64,000 bases of DNA from a virus: positions 1 to 64,000 of the IMG/VR virus record IMGVR_UViG_3300042882_001046. One strand, written 5' to 3'. Every line of letters begins with the position of its first letter. Position 1 is the stretch's first letter. Positions 20,905-30,773 of the stretch are shown in pieces. The translations under genes and the position numbers were made by a program. Under the pieces are notes generated by a model. The model was not told where the DNA came from. It ran no database searches and saw only the letters and a program-made list of their open reading frames with translations.

Positions 20905-21840
20905 ATGAAAAAATATATAATTACAACTACGATTAACGAACCAACCGAAGCAACCATAAAATTTTGTGAGATTGCAGATAAAAAAGATTTTACATTTGTA
21001 ATTGTTGGAGATACAAAAACTCCTCACCAATCATACGTTGATTTAACTGAAAAATATAACAACGTAATTTACCTTAATCCTGAAGCTCAAGACAGATTAT
21101 ATCCTGAGTTATCTGAGGTTATTGGATGGAAAACAATACAAAGAAGAAATATTGGATTAGTTTACGCATATCAAAGTGGTGCAGAAATTATTGCAACAGT
21201 TGATGATGACAACATACCTTATGATTTCTGGGGTGACAATATATTACTGGGTCAAGAAATTGAAGTAGATGAATACGAAAATTTGTCGTGTCCTTATTTT
21301 GACGCGATTTCAACAACAGAACATAACGACTTGTGGCATAGAGGATTTCCAATCGAATACCTTCAAGTAAAAAATAACATTGAATACAAAGGTAAAACAA
21401 AAATTAGACCGATGATTCAAGCAGAATTCTGGGATGGTGACCCAGACATCGACGCAATTTGTCGATTAAGTAAAAAACCAATCGTAAAATTTAACTCATT
21501 TGAACCTTTCACAACAAAACAACTTACACCGTTTAACTCACAAAATACATTTATTCACAGAGATGTTCTTAAACATTACTCTGTCTTTCCTTATACAGGT
21601 AGAATGGATGACATTTGGGGGTCCTATGTCTTACAACATCATTTTCCGAACTCTGTTATATTTGCAAAAGCATCGGTATATCAAGCAAGAAACCCTCAAG
21701 ACTTGGTTAGAAACTTGGAGAATGAGGTAATTGGATATAGAGGAACACTAAACTTATTAGAGAACTTATCAGACTATAGAAATATCCTACCTGAAAAGAC
21801 GGTTGAATATTTTGACATCTACCAAAAATATTTCAATTAA
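20905..21840 (+). CDS. STELLO/DUF288 (RGP-related) GT-like protein
   Basis: TTTIN, VGDTKTP, RRNIG, TVDDDN, DGDPDIDA, PFNSQNT and RMDDIW. Confidence 0.75.
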   Translation: MKKYIITTTINEPTEATIKFCEIADKKDFTFVIVGDTKTPHQSYVDLTEKYNNVIYLNPEAQDRLYPELSEVIGWKTIQRRNIGLVYAYQSGAEIIATVDDDNIPYDFWGDNILLGQEIEVDEYENLSCPYFDAISTTEHNDLWHRGFPIEYLQVKNNIEYKGKTKIRPMIQAEFWDGDPDIDAICRLSKKPIVKFNSFEPFTTKQLTPFNSQNTFIHRDVLKHYSVFPYTGRMDDIWGSYVLQHHFPNSVIFAKASVYQARNPQDLVRNLENEVIGYRGTLNLLENLSDYRNILPEKTVEYFDIYQKYFN

Positions 21841-22742
21841 TGAAAACAGTTGCGGTTTGTATTTCAGGGCAATTCAGAAGTTTTGACAAATGCCTTCCTT
21901 CAATTTTTAAGAATTTGATTTTAACTAACTCAAACTATAAGTTAAAATTTTTCACATCCTTTGCAAAAGAAGAAGACAAACCCATTAATATACCCGCAGA
22001 TTTTTTTAAAATATCATCAGTAATTAAAATCGAGGAGGACTCAGTTCTCCCCGATTTAAGTTACCAAAAATCAAAATACAAATACCAAGATTATCAACTT
22101 GATAGTGAAAACGACCCAAAGTTAATTTACTATCAATTAAAACAATTCCAATCTGTATTCAATATGGTTAAGGAATATGAGAAAGATAATAACATGACAT
22201 TTGATTATGTTATGAGATTAAGACCTGACTTGGAGTTTAAAAGTATTTTTAATTGGAAATCCTTGGGAGAATTTATAATAACTCCGTCAGAGGACCACTT
22301 TGGAGGATGTAACGATAGGTTTGCAATTGGACCTCGAAATCTAATGGAGGTATATATGAACCGATTAGATTATTGGATGTCTGAAAATGATGACATTAAT
22401 TTTACAACTCAAAATGAAGTTAACTTAAAACATCATTTAGATAATCACAATATATCGGTTAATAAAATACCAATTGATTTACAATACATTAGGTATAATG
22501 ATTTCACTAAACCTAAATTGAAGATTACATCTATAACAAACGATGAGGCACATTTCATCAATATAACTAAAGAGGAATTACCTTTAAAACTTAAAATATG
22601 TTGTGGTAAAGAAGTGATTTATTCTAAGTCACTTAACGTACCACCAAACTTAGGATGGTTCGTTGGAAGTCCAAATAAATGTACAAATAAGAAAGTTATT
22701 TTTCAAGGAAATGACCTATACTTAGAATATAAAATGAATTAA
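21840..22742 (+). CDS. Putative glycosyltransferase-associated protein
   Basis: AVCISGQFR..FDYVMRLRPDL..GCNDRFAIG. Confidence 0.6.
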   Translation: MKTVAVCISGQFRSFDKCLPSIFKNLILTNSNYKLKFFTSFAKEEDKPINIPADFFKISSVIKIEEDSVLPDLSYQKSKYKYQDYQLDSENDPKLIYYQLKQFQSVFNMVKEYEKDNNMTFDYVMRLRPDLEFKSIFNWKSLGEFIITPSEDHFGGCNDRFAIGPRNLMEVYMNRLDYWMSENDDINFTTQNEVNLKHHLDNHNISVNKIPIDLQYIRYNDFTKPKLKITSITNDEAHFINITKEELPLKLKICCGKEVIYSKSLNVPPNLGWFVGSPNKCTNKKVIFQGNDLYLEYKMN

Positions 22743-22751
22743 AATTAAACA

Positions 22752-23843
22752 ATGAAAAAAATAGTAGTATTAGGCGGAGGAGGGTTCATAGGTGGACACC
22801 TTGCCAAAAGATTAAAAGAAGAAGGAAATCACGTAAGAGTATGTGATATTAAAAAACACGAATACTTCTTTCAAGACGAGTTCTGTCATGAATTTATTTT
22901 AGGAGATTTAACAGACCCTAAAGTTGTAGAACTTGTAATTGAAGAAGGTGTTGATGAAGTATATCAACTTGCTGCCGATATGGGTGGAGCATTGTATATC
23001 TTTACAGGTGAACACGATGCAGATGTTATGTATAATTCAGCAACAATTAATCTTAACGTAGTAAGAGAATGTGTTAAGAAAAAAGTGGGTAAAGTATTCT
23101 ATTCATCATCAGCATGTATGTACCCTGAACACAATCAGTTAGACCCTGAAAATCCAAATTGTGAGGAATCATCGGCTTACCCTGCTAACCCTGATTCTGA
23201 ATATGGATGGGAGAAACTATTTTCAGAAAGATTATACTTGGCTTTTAATAGAAACTACGGTTTAGATGTTAGAGTTGCAAGATTCCACAATATCTTTGGA
23301 CCTCAAGGTACATGGACAGGTGGTAGAGAAAAATCACCAGCGGCAATGTGTAGAAAAGCTGCTGAAGCTAAAGACGGAGACGTTATTGAGGTTTGGGGTA
23401 GCGGAATGCAAACTCGTTCTTTCTTATACGTTGATGAATGTGTTGAAGCGGTATTGAGATTAATGGAGAGTGATTTTGTTGGTCCTGTTAATATTGGTAG
23501 TGAAGAAATGGTTACAATTAATCAATTAGCAGGAATGGCAATTGCAATTTCAGATAAAGATATAGAAATCAAAAATATTGAAGGACAACAATTTATTGAT
23601 AAGTATGGTTTCAAATGTCCATTAGGTGTTCAAGGAAGAAATTCAGATAACAAACTTTATAGAGAAAAAGTTGGTTGGGAAGTTAGTCAACCACTTTCTA
23701 TAGGACTTAAAAAAACATATCAATGGATTAAATCACAAGTTGATAAAAAAGAATTAGAAACTAAATGGATTTATGAAAGTCCAGATGGAGAAACGATTTA
23801 CAAAAGAGAGATTGGAAATGTTGAAAGACATAAAATTAAATAA
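22752..23843 (+). CDS. GDP-mannose 3,5-epimerase-like extended SDR
   Basis: GGGGFIG, LAADMGG, SSSACMYPE, YGWEK and GGREKSPAAMCRK, with the GME catalytic Cys and Lys positions present. Confidence 0.88.
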   Translation: MKKIVVLGGGGFIGGHLAKRLKEEGNHVRVCDIKKHEYFFQDEFCHEFILGDLTDPKVVELVIEEGVDEVYQLAADMGGALYIFTGEHDADVMYNSATINLNVVRECVKKKVGKVFYSSSACMYPEHNQLDPENPNCEESSAYPANPDSEYGWEKLFSERLYLAFNRNYGLDVRVARFHNIFGPQGTWTGGREKSPAAMCRKAAEAKDGDVIEVWGSGMQTRSFLYVDECVEAVLRLMESDFVGPVNIGSEEMVTINQLAGMAIAISDKDIEIKNIEGQQFIDKYGFKCPLGVQGRNSDNKLYREKVGWEVSQPLSIGLKKTYQWIKSQVDKKELETKWIYESPDGETIYKREIGNVERHKIK

Positions 23844-23849
23844 TTAAAA

Positions 23850-24584
23850 ATGGGTAAAGTATTAAAACCTAAACCTACCTCAACTTTGTCAAGTGACGAA
23901 GTTCCAGTTAGAAATAAGAAACAGCAAATCTGTTCAATAATTAAACGAAAAACAAAAGAAAAATTTTTATCAGAAAGTCAAAAAGAATATTATAGTAAAT
24001 TATCTTCAAATCAAATTACAATATGTTCAGGTCCAGCAGGTGTTGGTAAAAGTTATATCGCAATGAAATGTGCGGTAGATTTATTAGCCGACCCAAACAC
24101 ACCATATGAAAAAATAATCATAGTAAGACCAGCGGTTGAAGCTGAAGAAAAATTAGGTAGTTTACCTGGTGGTGTTGAAGAAAAATTAGACCCATATATT
24201 TTCCCATCATATTATTTGTTAAATAAAATAATTGGAAAAGAATCTAGAGAAAAATTAAAAGAGATTGAGGCAATCGAAGTTTTTGCCTTGGCTTACATGA
24301 GAGGGATGAATATTGATAATTCAATATTAATATTTGAGGAAGCTCAAAATTCAACCCCGAGTCAAATGAAACTTTTATTAACAAGAATTGGATTTAATTC
24401 TAAATTTTTTATCTCGGGTGATTTGGAACAATTTGATAGACACAAAGATAAAACTCACACAGGATTGTGGGACGCACTACAAAAATTTCAAAATATGAAT
24501 GATGTTGGCGTATTTGAATTTAAATCTACAGACATTGTTAGAAATCCATTAATTTCAAAAATATTAGAAAGATACGAAGAATGA
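23850..24584 (+). CDS. phoH: PhoH-family ATPase
   Basis: GPAGVGKS, YMRG, FEEAQN, LLTRIG and IVRNPLI. Confidence 0.93.
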   Translation: MGKVLKPKPTSTLSSDEVPVRNKKQQICSIIKRKTKEKFLSESQKEYYSKLSSNQITICSGPAGVGKSYIAMKCAVDLLADPNTPYEKIIIVRPAVEAEEKLGSLPGGVEEKLDPYIFPSYYLLNKIIGKESREKLKEIEAIEVFALAYMRGMNIDNSILIFEEAQNSTPSQMKLLLTRIGFNSKFFISGDLEQFDRHKDKTHTGLWDALQKFQNMNDVGVFEFKSTDIVRNPLISKILERYEE

Positions 24585-25177
24585 AAATAGGTATTGAATT
24601 AAATGGAGTACTTAGAGACACTTTAAAAAAAATCCAACAAGAGTACGAAAAATGGTACATTGAAAATCCTTTCAAAGAAGAAGAGGAAGATGATTTCAAA
24701 TATGAGGTCATTTCTGAATTAACTTCATTAGATATTTCCAAACATTTAAAATTTAGAGATAGTAATGAGTTATACGATTTTTTGTATAAAGAACACACAA
24801 TGGAAATATTTGGTCACGCGGGTTCGGTTGAACCATCTGGTCTTTTAGATTTTAATGATTTTTATTTGGACATGAGAGAAGAACACGACATTCTTATTGT
24901 TTCAGATGAAATAGGTAAATCAAAACCAGCTTCGTTATTTTTTATTTCTAAGTTTGGATGCTTGGTTGAGTCTGTAAAATTTTATAGTGAAAGCACAATT
25001 AATTCTTTATGGGATTCAGTAGACGTTTTACTTACTGCTAATCCTAACCTATTATTAAACCATCCCAAAGATAAAGTGGTTATTAAGTTTAACACAGTTT
25101 ATAATAAGGATATTGAATTTGAACACAAAATTTCAAGTTTAAAAGAACTTAAATTAAAAATACAAGAAATACTATGA
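24581..25177 (+). CDS. NT5C/HAD-like protein with degenerate motif I
   Basis: KIGIELNGVLRD in place of IDIDGVLxD. Confidence 0.55.
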   Translation: MKIGIELNGVLRDTLKKIQQEYEKWYIENPFKEEEEDDFKYEVISELTSLDISKHLKFRDSNELYDFLYKEHTMEIFGHAGSVEPSGLLDFNDFYLDMREEHDILIVSDEIGKSKPASLFFISKFGCLVESVKFYSESTINSLWDSVDVLLTANPNLLLNHPKDKVVIKFNTVYNKDIEFEHKISSLKELKLKIQEIL

Positions 25178-25458
25178 TACCAGTGTTAGGCGAAAATTAT
25201 TTTATCGATTTAGATAAAATTGAAGGTTACTTAGATATGGGTCAGGATGATAACACATCTGATTCATTGACAGGGGTTACAGAAACAAGAATTAATATTA
25301 TTAAATTTGAAATGGTTAAAATGTTATTAGAAACCGTTTTAACTGAACAGGAAATTATGGACGAAAAACTTGGAATGAAGTCAAACTCAAACACCAGTAT
25401 TCCTTTCAGAATAGCATTTAATAGCTTACTAAATAAAAAACTAATCAATCATTATTAA
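25174..25458 (+). CDS. Hypothetical protein
   Basis: 94-aa coupled ORF. Confidence 0.7.
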   Translation: MIPVLGENYFIDLDKIEGYLDMGQDDNTSDSLTGVTETRINIIKFEMVKMLLETVLTEQEIMDEKLGMKSNSNTSIPFRIAFNSLLNKKLINHY

Positions 25459-25459
25459 T

Positions 25460-26512
25460 ATGGAAAACCAATTGCAAGACAAAGTAAAACAATCCATTAA
25501 GGTATTGAGAGACAAACAAGCCAGAATCTATTTTTTAGTGCAAGACACTAAAGGTAATGCTAAGGCTTCTGTTAGACTTATATACCAAATGGCAAAAACA
25601 TTAAAAGATAACGGATTCAACCCAATTATACTACACGAAAAGGCAGACTACGCTGGTGTGATTGCGTGGTTGGATGAAGAATATATGTCATTACCACACA
25701 AAGCCATCGAAGGTCAAAATTTAGAAATCTCACCTGAAGACTTTTTAGTTATTCCTGAAGTTTTTGGATTTGTTATGGACCAAGTTAAACAATTACCATG
25801 TGCAAAAATAGTGTTAACACAACAATATGCACACATGTTAGAAACACTTCAACCAGGACAAACTTGGAATCAATTTGGATTTTTAAAATGCATTACAACA
25901 TCAAACAAACAAAAAGAATATATTGAGAGAGTAATGAGACAAATATCATTTGATATTGTGGAACCTTTAATAGGTGAAGAATTTACCCCAAAGTCAACTC
26001 CATCAATGCCAATTATTGGTATTCATACTAAAGAACAAAGCGATGCCATTAACATTATTAAAACATTTTATTTAAAGTTCCCACAATACAGATGGTTTAC
26101 CTTTAGAGATTTAAGAGGTCTATCTGAAAAAGAATTTGCAAATTCACTTAGAGATTGTTTTTTAAGTGTTTGGATTGATGACCACAGTGGTTTTGGTACA
26201 TTCCCATTAGAGTCTATGAAATCTAATGTTCCTGTAATTGGTAAAGTACCAAATTTATCACCTGATTGGATGACGGAAGACAATGGTATTTGGATTACAG
26301 ACCAAACATTATTCCCTGACCTTATTGCCGATTATGTACAGAATTGGTTAGAAGATAACATTGACCCTAAAATATTTGGGGAAATGAAGACCACAGTTGA
26401 AAGATATTCAGATAAACCAAAATTCGAATCTTCAATAGTTTCACTATTTGAGGGGTACTTGAACACAAGAGCAGACTCATTCGAAAATCAAATTTCTAAA
26501 ACAGAAGAATAA
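25460..26512 (+). CDS. GT-B-like glycosyltransferase
   Basis: VIPEVF..GFGTFPLESMKSNVPVIG. Confidence 0.65.
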   Translation: MENQLQDKVKQSIKVLRDKQARIYFLVQDTKGNAKASVRLIYQMAKTLKDNGFNPIILHEKADYAGVIAWLDEEYMSLPHKAIEGQNLEISPEDFLVIPEVFGFVMDQVKQLPCAKIVLTQQYAHMLETLQPGQTWNQFGFLKCITTSNKQKEYIERVMRQISFDIVEPLIGEEFTPKSTPSMPIIGIHTKEQSDAINIIKTFYLKFPQYRWFTFRDLRGLSEKEFANSLRDCFLSVWIDDHSGFGTFPLESMKSNVPVIGKVPNLSPDWMTEDNGIWITDQTLFPDLIADYVQNWLEDNIDPKIFGEMKTTVERYSDKPKFESSIVSLFEGYLNTRADSFENQISKTEE

Positions 26513-26513
26513 T

Positions 26514-27320
26514 ATGAACAATACATTATCATTATCAGTTATATTACCAATAAAATCAGCAAAGGCAAAAGATTTTACTGAGTACTTTGAAAAAGCAATC
26601 ACATCTTTAAAGAACCAACAAATTGTATTTGAAGAATTAGTTATTGTTCACACTCAAGAACAATCGTTAGTTGAAATTTTAGACACTTACGATTTTGGAG
26701 AATTAAACGTCACAAAACTTCTATGGGACAAAGAATCTAATTATGCGGACCAAGTTAATCACGGTATTAAAAACGCTAAAGGAACTTGGGTTTCTCTTTT
26801 TGAATTTGATGACGAATATTCTTCTATTTGGTTTAAGAATGTAAAAAACTATATTGACTCATATCCAGAAGTTCAAATGTTTTTACCCGTGGTTGTTGAA
26901 ACGGATGAAAAAGGATTGTTTGCTGGTTTTACAAATGAAGCAACATTCGCAGCAAATTTCTCACAGGAAATGGGAATTTTAACAAACGACACATTACAAG
27001 AATATCAAAATTTTCAAACCGCAGGTTCAGTATTTAAAAAATCGATTATAGAAGATTTTGGAGGATTTAAACCTTCCATCAAGTTAACTTTCATCTACGA
27101 GTTCTTATTAAGATTGACGTACAACTCAATTTCAATTATGACAATCCCTAGACTTGGATACAAACACGTAAACTTGAGAGAGGGTTCTATTTTTTGGAAC
27201 TACAAGTATGGTGAAAACAAAATGGTTGAAGACGAAGTAAAATTTTGGATTCAAACCGCAAAACGAGAATATTTCTTCACTGACGACAGAGTCATAAAAT
27301 ATCAATCTGAAAATGCGTAA
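26514..27320 (+). CDS. GT2-like glycosyltransferase
   Basis: SVILPI..VNHGIKNAKGTWVSLFEFDD. Confidence 0.75.
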   Translation: MNNTLSLSVILPIKSAKAKDFTEYFEKAITSLKNQQIVFEELVIVHTQEQSLVEILDTYDFGELNVTKLLWDKESNYADQVNHGIKNAKGTWVSLFEFDDEYSSIWFKNVKNYIDSYPEVQMFLPVVVETDEKGLFAGFTNEATFAANFSQEMGILTNDTLQEYQNFQTAGSVFKKSIIEDFGGFKPSIKLTFIYEFLLRLTYNSISIMTIPRLGYKHVNLREGSIFWNYKYGENKMVEDEVKFWIQTAKREYFFTDDRVIKYQSENA

Positions 27321-28067
27321 ATGCAAGAAACACTCTCTGCCACAACAGAAGATGTTTTATCTAAAAAAAGAGGAAGAAAAGCGGTTAACTTAAATTATTT
27401 TGATGTAAGAGAAGAGGAGGCGGTAAGAAATTTTCTAATCGCCGAAACATCATACGAAAAGAATAAGATTTATAACGAATTTTTAAGAGGCCCTCTTGAT
27501 AAGATGATTTCATCTATTATTAGGCGATATAAATTATATCGAAAGGATATGGACTTCAATGAAATTCATACGGATACCCATTCCTTTTTAATGACCAAAG
27601 TTGACAAGTTTAAGCCTGACAAAAACAAAAAGGCTTATTCTTATTTTGGGACTATTTGCAAGAACTACTTGATGGGTCAAATCATTAAGGACCAAAAAGA
27701 AACTAATAGAAAAATATCTTACGAAGACATTTCATCTAGCCTTGAGGAAAGGGCTGACATGTCTTATAGAATAGATGATGACGTAATTGAAACTCATGTT
27801 ATTATTAATGAATATCTTAAAGAGTTAAAGGAATTCATTGAATCTGAACAGTTAAATGATAATGAACGAAAATTAGGTTATGCCTTAATTGATTTGTTTG
27901 ATAACTACGAAAGCATATTCTCAGGTGCGGATAATAACAAATTTAATAAAAATGTTATTCTATTATCACTACGAGAAATGACAAATTTAAGTACAAAAGA
28001 GATTCGTAGTTCTATCAAAAGATTCAAAAAATTATATACAATCATTCAGGTTAAAATGAAAAACTAA
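27321..28067 (+). CDS. T4 gp55-like late sigma factor
   Basis: NYF..KFKPDKNKKAYSYFGTICKNYL resembles gp55/sigma region 2. Confidence 0.7.
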   Translation: MQETLSATTEDVLSKKRGRKAVNLNYFDVREEEAVRNFLIAETSYEKNKIYNEFLRGPLDKMISSIIRRYKLYRKDMDFNEIHTDTHSFLMTKVDKFKPDKNKKAYSYFGTICKNYLMGQIIKDQKETNRKISYEDISSSLEERADMSYRIDDDVIETHVIINEYLKELKEFIESEQLNDNERKLGYALIDLFDNYESIFSGADNNKFNKNVILLSLREMTNLSTKEIRSSIKRFKKLYTIIQVKMKN

Positions 28068-28075
28068 TAAAAAAG

Positions 28076-28082
28076 TATTTAT
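28076..28082 (+). promoter_or_regulatory. TATTTAT putative late promoter, 4 nt before ATG 28087
   Basis: GTATTTATAGGT-ATG. Confidence 0.65.
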
Positions 28083-28086
28083 AGGT

Positions 28087-28455
28087 ATGCCAAGACCACA
28101 GAGAAAAGAAATTAATTTTACTAAAGATTCTATATTATCGCTTATGCAAGAAATCTATAATGAGCTTGTCGAGCAAAGACAGACTGCAATTAGAATTCAA
28201 AATAAAATGTTAGCAATGTTGAAAGACCCTGCTGATATGACAACTATTGGCCCTGTAATTGAAAAACAACAAAAAATTGTTAATGATTGTGTTGAGAAAA
28301 AAATCAGTTTGTCAAAATTACAATCCAGCATTTGGGAAAAATCAAACAATAACAAAGAAGAATCATTTTCAATTGCAGATTTGGATGACGATTTAATACA
28401 GAATCTTATTGAAAAAGATGTTTCCAACGATGAGGAATCATATAAAATGAGATAA
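28087..28455 (+). CDS. Hypothetical coiled-coil protein
   Basis: 122-aa ORF. Confidence 0.7.
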   Translation: MPRPQRKEINFTKDSILSLMQEIYNELVEQRQTAIRIQNKMLAMLKDPADMTTIGPVIEKQQKIVNDCVEKKISLSKLQSSIWEKSNNNKEESFSIADLDDDLIQNLIEKDVSNDEESYKMR

Positions 28456-28458
28456 GAT

Positions 28459-30558
28459 ATGCCATTAGATTTAAATTCTACTCAACAATCGATATCAAGC
28501 AAACTTGATGCATTTAAAACCTATACAGACGTATCAAGGTCTGAAAAAGGTTTTTTAGGCAAGTTGGCAAATTCTGCATCAGAGGCAAATTCACAAATTA
28601 CAAGTCAGTTAGACAAGGTAAAAGATTTACAAAAAAGATTTCAGAGAGACCCAAAAAACTCAATGGACCAACTTCTTGGGTTTTTAGGTCAAACACAGGG
28701 AAATGGGTCTGGTACTTTAACATATTTAAGAAAAAAAATATTAGAGGCCGCGGCAAAAATTGAGCCCAAGTTATCTGGCATAATGAAAGAAGAAACAATC
28801 AAAGCCCTTGGTTGTTCTGTTGAACAGACGTATAATGGTACTTCTTCCGCTAGTTTATCTATCCAACCTTTACCTTTAAGGCCTCAACAAGAAGGAATAT
28901 ATATTCCCGTAAATTCTATAGATTTTTTTTCAAATTTAAAACAATCGCCAGAAACAAAATTTGGTAAGGTTTATTACGAAAAACCAGAACCATCAGGTAG
29001 TCTTACATTCAAACCATTTGGAGGAAGCGTTCCTTTCCCAATGAACAAACAGTTATATAACTTAATGACCTCAGATAACGAAAATAGGTCTTTTAGTCAA
29101 ATAAATGGTAAAAATTATTTAGGTAAATCAGGTCAAAATCTTTTTGATATTCAGTATTCCAAAACAAATAGTTTTGGAGTTACTGGCGATTATTATAGAA
29201 TTATTTTAGTTGATAGGGAAGATGGTTCGGGAAATTTAACTAATAATGTTGGTGAATTTATATCCGATTATTATAGCACAATTAAATTGATTGATACAGT
29301 TGATATTGGAGCTCAAATTGTGAATTTAATATCAGGTGCAATAAATATACAAGCACAAGTTGGGTACGGAGCATTAGATAACCAAAGTAGATTTAGTTTA
29401 ATTGCTGCAAGAATACTTGGACTTTGTTTTGACGATAGAAGAGAAATTGATGTAAGCGGAGTTGCCAAAGTTGCAGAATTGGACGGCGTTGACGATTCTT
29501 TTTTCGAATTAAATGAAATTGATTTACGAAACATTGAAGTTCAGATTTCAAACATTCAAAAAGGAATAATAGAATTTCAAGATTGTGATAATATAAAGTT
29601 ACCTGTAGATTCTGAAGTTTTAGTTGATGAATTGATTGACTTTAGGGATACCGAAAGCGGTACTACGGTTGAAGAACAAGTTGCAGTTTTAGAAACAATT
29701 ATTGATTCAATATCAAATAATCCTGATTGGTCTTTGAATGGTCCTAACAGTTTAAATGTTAAAGTATCAATAGATACAAACGTAATTAAAAAAATTCCTT
29801 TAGCGGTAGCCGCGGGAGTTTTAACACCTAAAAATCTATTACCACTATACACTTTATTATCTGTTGTACAATCAGGCGCAACATACACATATAATCAAGC
29901 AGTATCAAGCGCAAACACTTTTATAAATTCCGCAAACACAATAAGTACTAATGTCGGTAACGCAGGTGCAAACATTGGTAAACAGGGTAGTAATATTGTT
30001 AACGACGGAGCGGACTTTTTAAAAAAATATAAAACATTTTCAATTCAGGTAATTTCAAAAATAAATGCTGAGTTTTTAAAAGTTTTATATGAAATACTAA
30101 AAAAAGATATTATAAATTTAGTTTCTATTATTATTCAAGATGCGGTAAAATCTAAGATTCTAAAAAAATATGCCATTATTTTAAGATTAGTTCAATTAGC
30201 ACTTATTATATCTCAATTAATTAATGACTATAGAAAGTGTAAAAGTCTTTTAGATAATATTTTACTATTGTTAAATTTGGTTGGTCAATTTGTTAAAAAA
30301 CCAGGAAATGAAATACCTCTTCCTTTATTGGCATTGGCAAGTTTGTTACCTGGTACTTCTCCCGAAAGAACAACAACAAATGCAATTGAAGGTCTTCAAG
30401 GATTAGGAATTCCAACAGGTACCTTACCTGATGGTTCACCAAATTTGATGTTATTATATAATCTTGTTTCAAATAAAGCAATTGATAGGGAAGAAGCTGA
30501 AAATGGTAAAATTGAGGTTGTTACTTTATCAGGACCAGGATTCGGTAAAAAATTATAA
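28459..30558 (+). CDS. Hypothetical, probably virion protein
   Basis: 699-aa ORF upstream of the baseplate hub gene. Confidence 0.7.
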   Translation: MPLDLNSTQQSISSKLDAFKTYTDVSRSEKGFLGKLANSASEANSQITSQLDKVKDLQKRFQRDPKNSMDQLLGFLGQTQGNGSGTLTYLRKKILEAAAKIEPKLSGIMKEETIKALGCSVEQTYNGTSSASLSIQPLPLRPQQEGIYIPVNSIDFFSNLKQSPETKFGKVYYEKPEPSGSLTFKPFGGSVPFPMNKQLYNLMTSDNENRSFSQINGKNYLGKSGQNLFDIQYSKTNSFGVTGDYYRIILVDREDGSGNLTNNVGEFISDYYSTIKLIDTVDIGAQIVNLISGAINIQAQVGYGALDNQSRFSLIAARILGLCFDDRREIDVSGVAKVAELDGVDDSFFELNEIDLRNIEVQISNIQKGIIEFQDCDNIKLPVDSEVLVDELIDFRDTESGTTVEEQVAVLETIIDSISNNPDWSLNGPNSLNVKVSIDTNVIKKIPLAVAAGVLTPKNLLPLYTLLSVVQSGATYTYNQAVSSANTFINSANTISTNVGNAGANIGKQGSNIVNDGADFLKKYKTFSIQVISKINAEFLKVLYEILKKDIINLVSIIIQDAVKSKILKKYAIILRLVQLALIISQLINDYRKCKSLLDNILLLLNLVGQFVKKPGNEIPLPLLALASLLPGTSPERTTTNAIEGLQGLGIPTGTLPDGSPNLMLLYNLVSNKAIDREEAENGKIEVVTLSGPGFGKKL

Positions 30559-30560
30559 AA

Positions 30561-30773
30561 ATGAAAGACGAAAAATTTGAAGAAATTATAAATGGGATAT
30601 CCAATCTAAAGGATTTACCTAATACTAAATTAGTTGAGTATTTAGACTTATTGTCGTCAGATTTTGAGTCAACAAAAGAATCGATTATAAAAGGTACTCT
30701 TTATTTAGATAAAGTAGAAGAGATGTATAACAGAATATTAAAAACATATCAAGAAAGAAATAATGGAAAATAA
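30561..30773 (+). CDS. Hypothetical protein
   Basis: 70-aa coupled ORF. Confidence 0.65.
   Translation: MKDEKFEEIINGISNLKDLPNTKLVEYLDLLSSDFESTKESIIKGTLYLDKVEEMYNRILKTYQERNNGK

Noticed and set aside
23760-23843. C-terminal WIYESPDGETIYKR extension on the epimerase as a separate module
   Set aside because: Too short to assign a function from sequence alone.
5830-27320. Host LPS/capsule locus, i.e. a cellular chromosome
   Set aside because: Contiguous with T4-like head, baseplate and late-sigma genes, interspersed with dut and phoH, and no wzx/wzy/waaL recognised.
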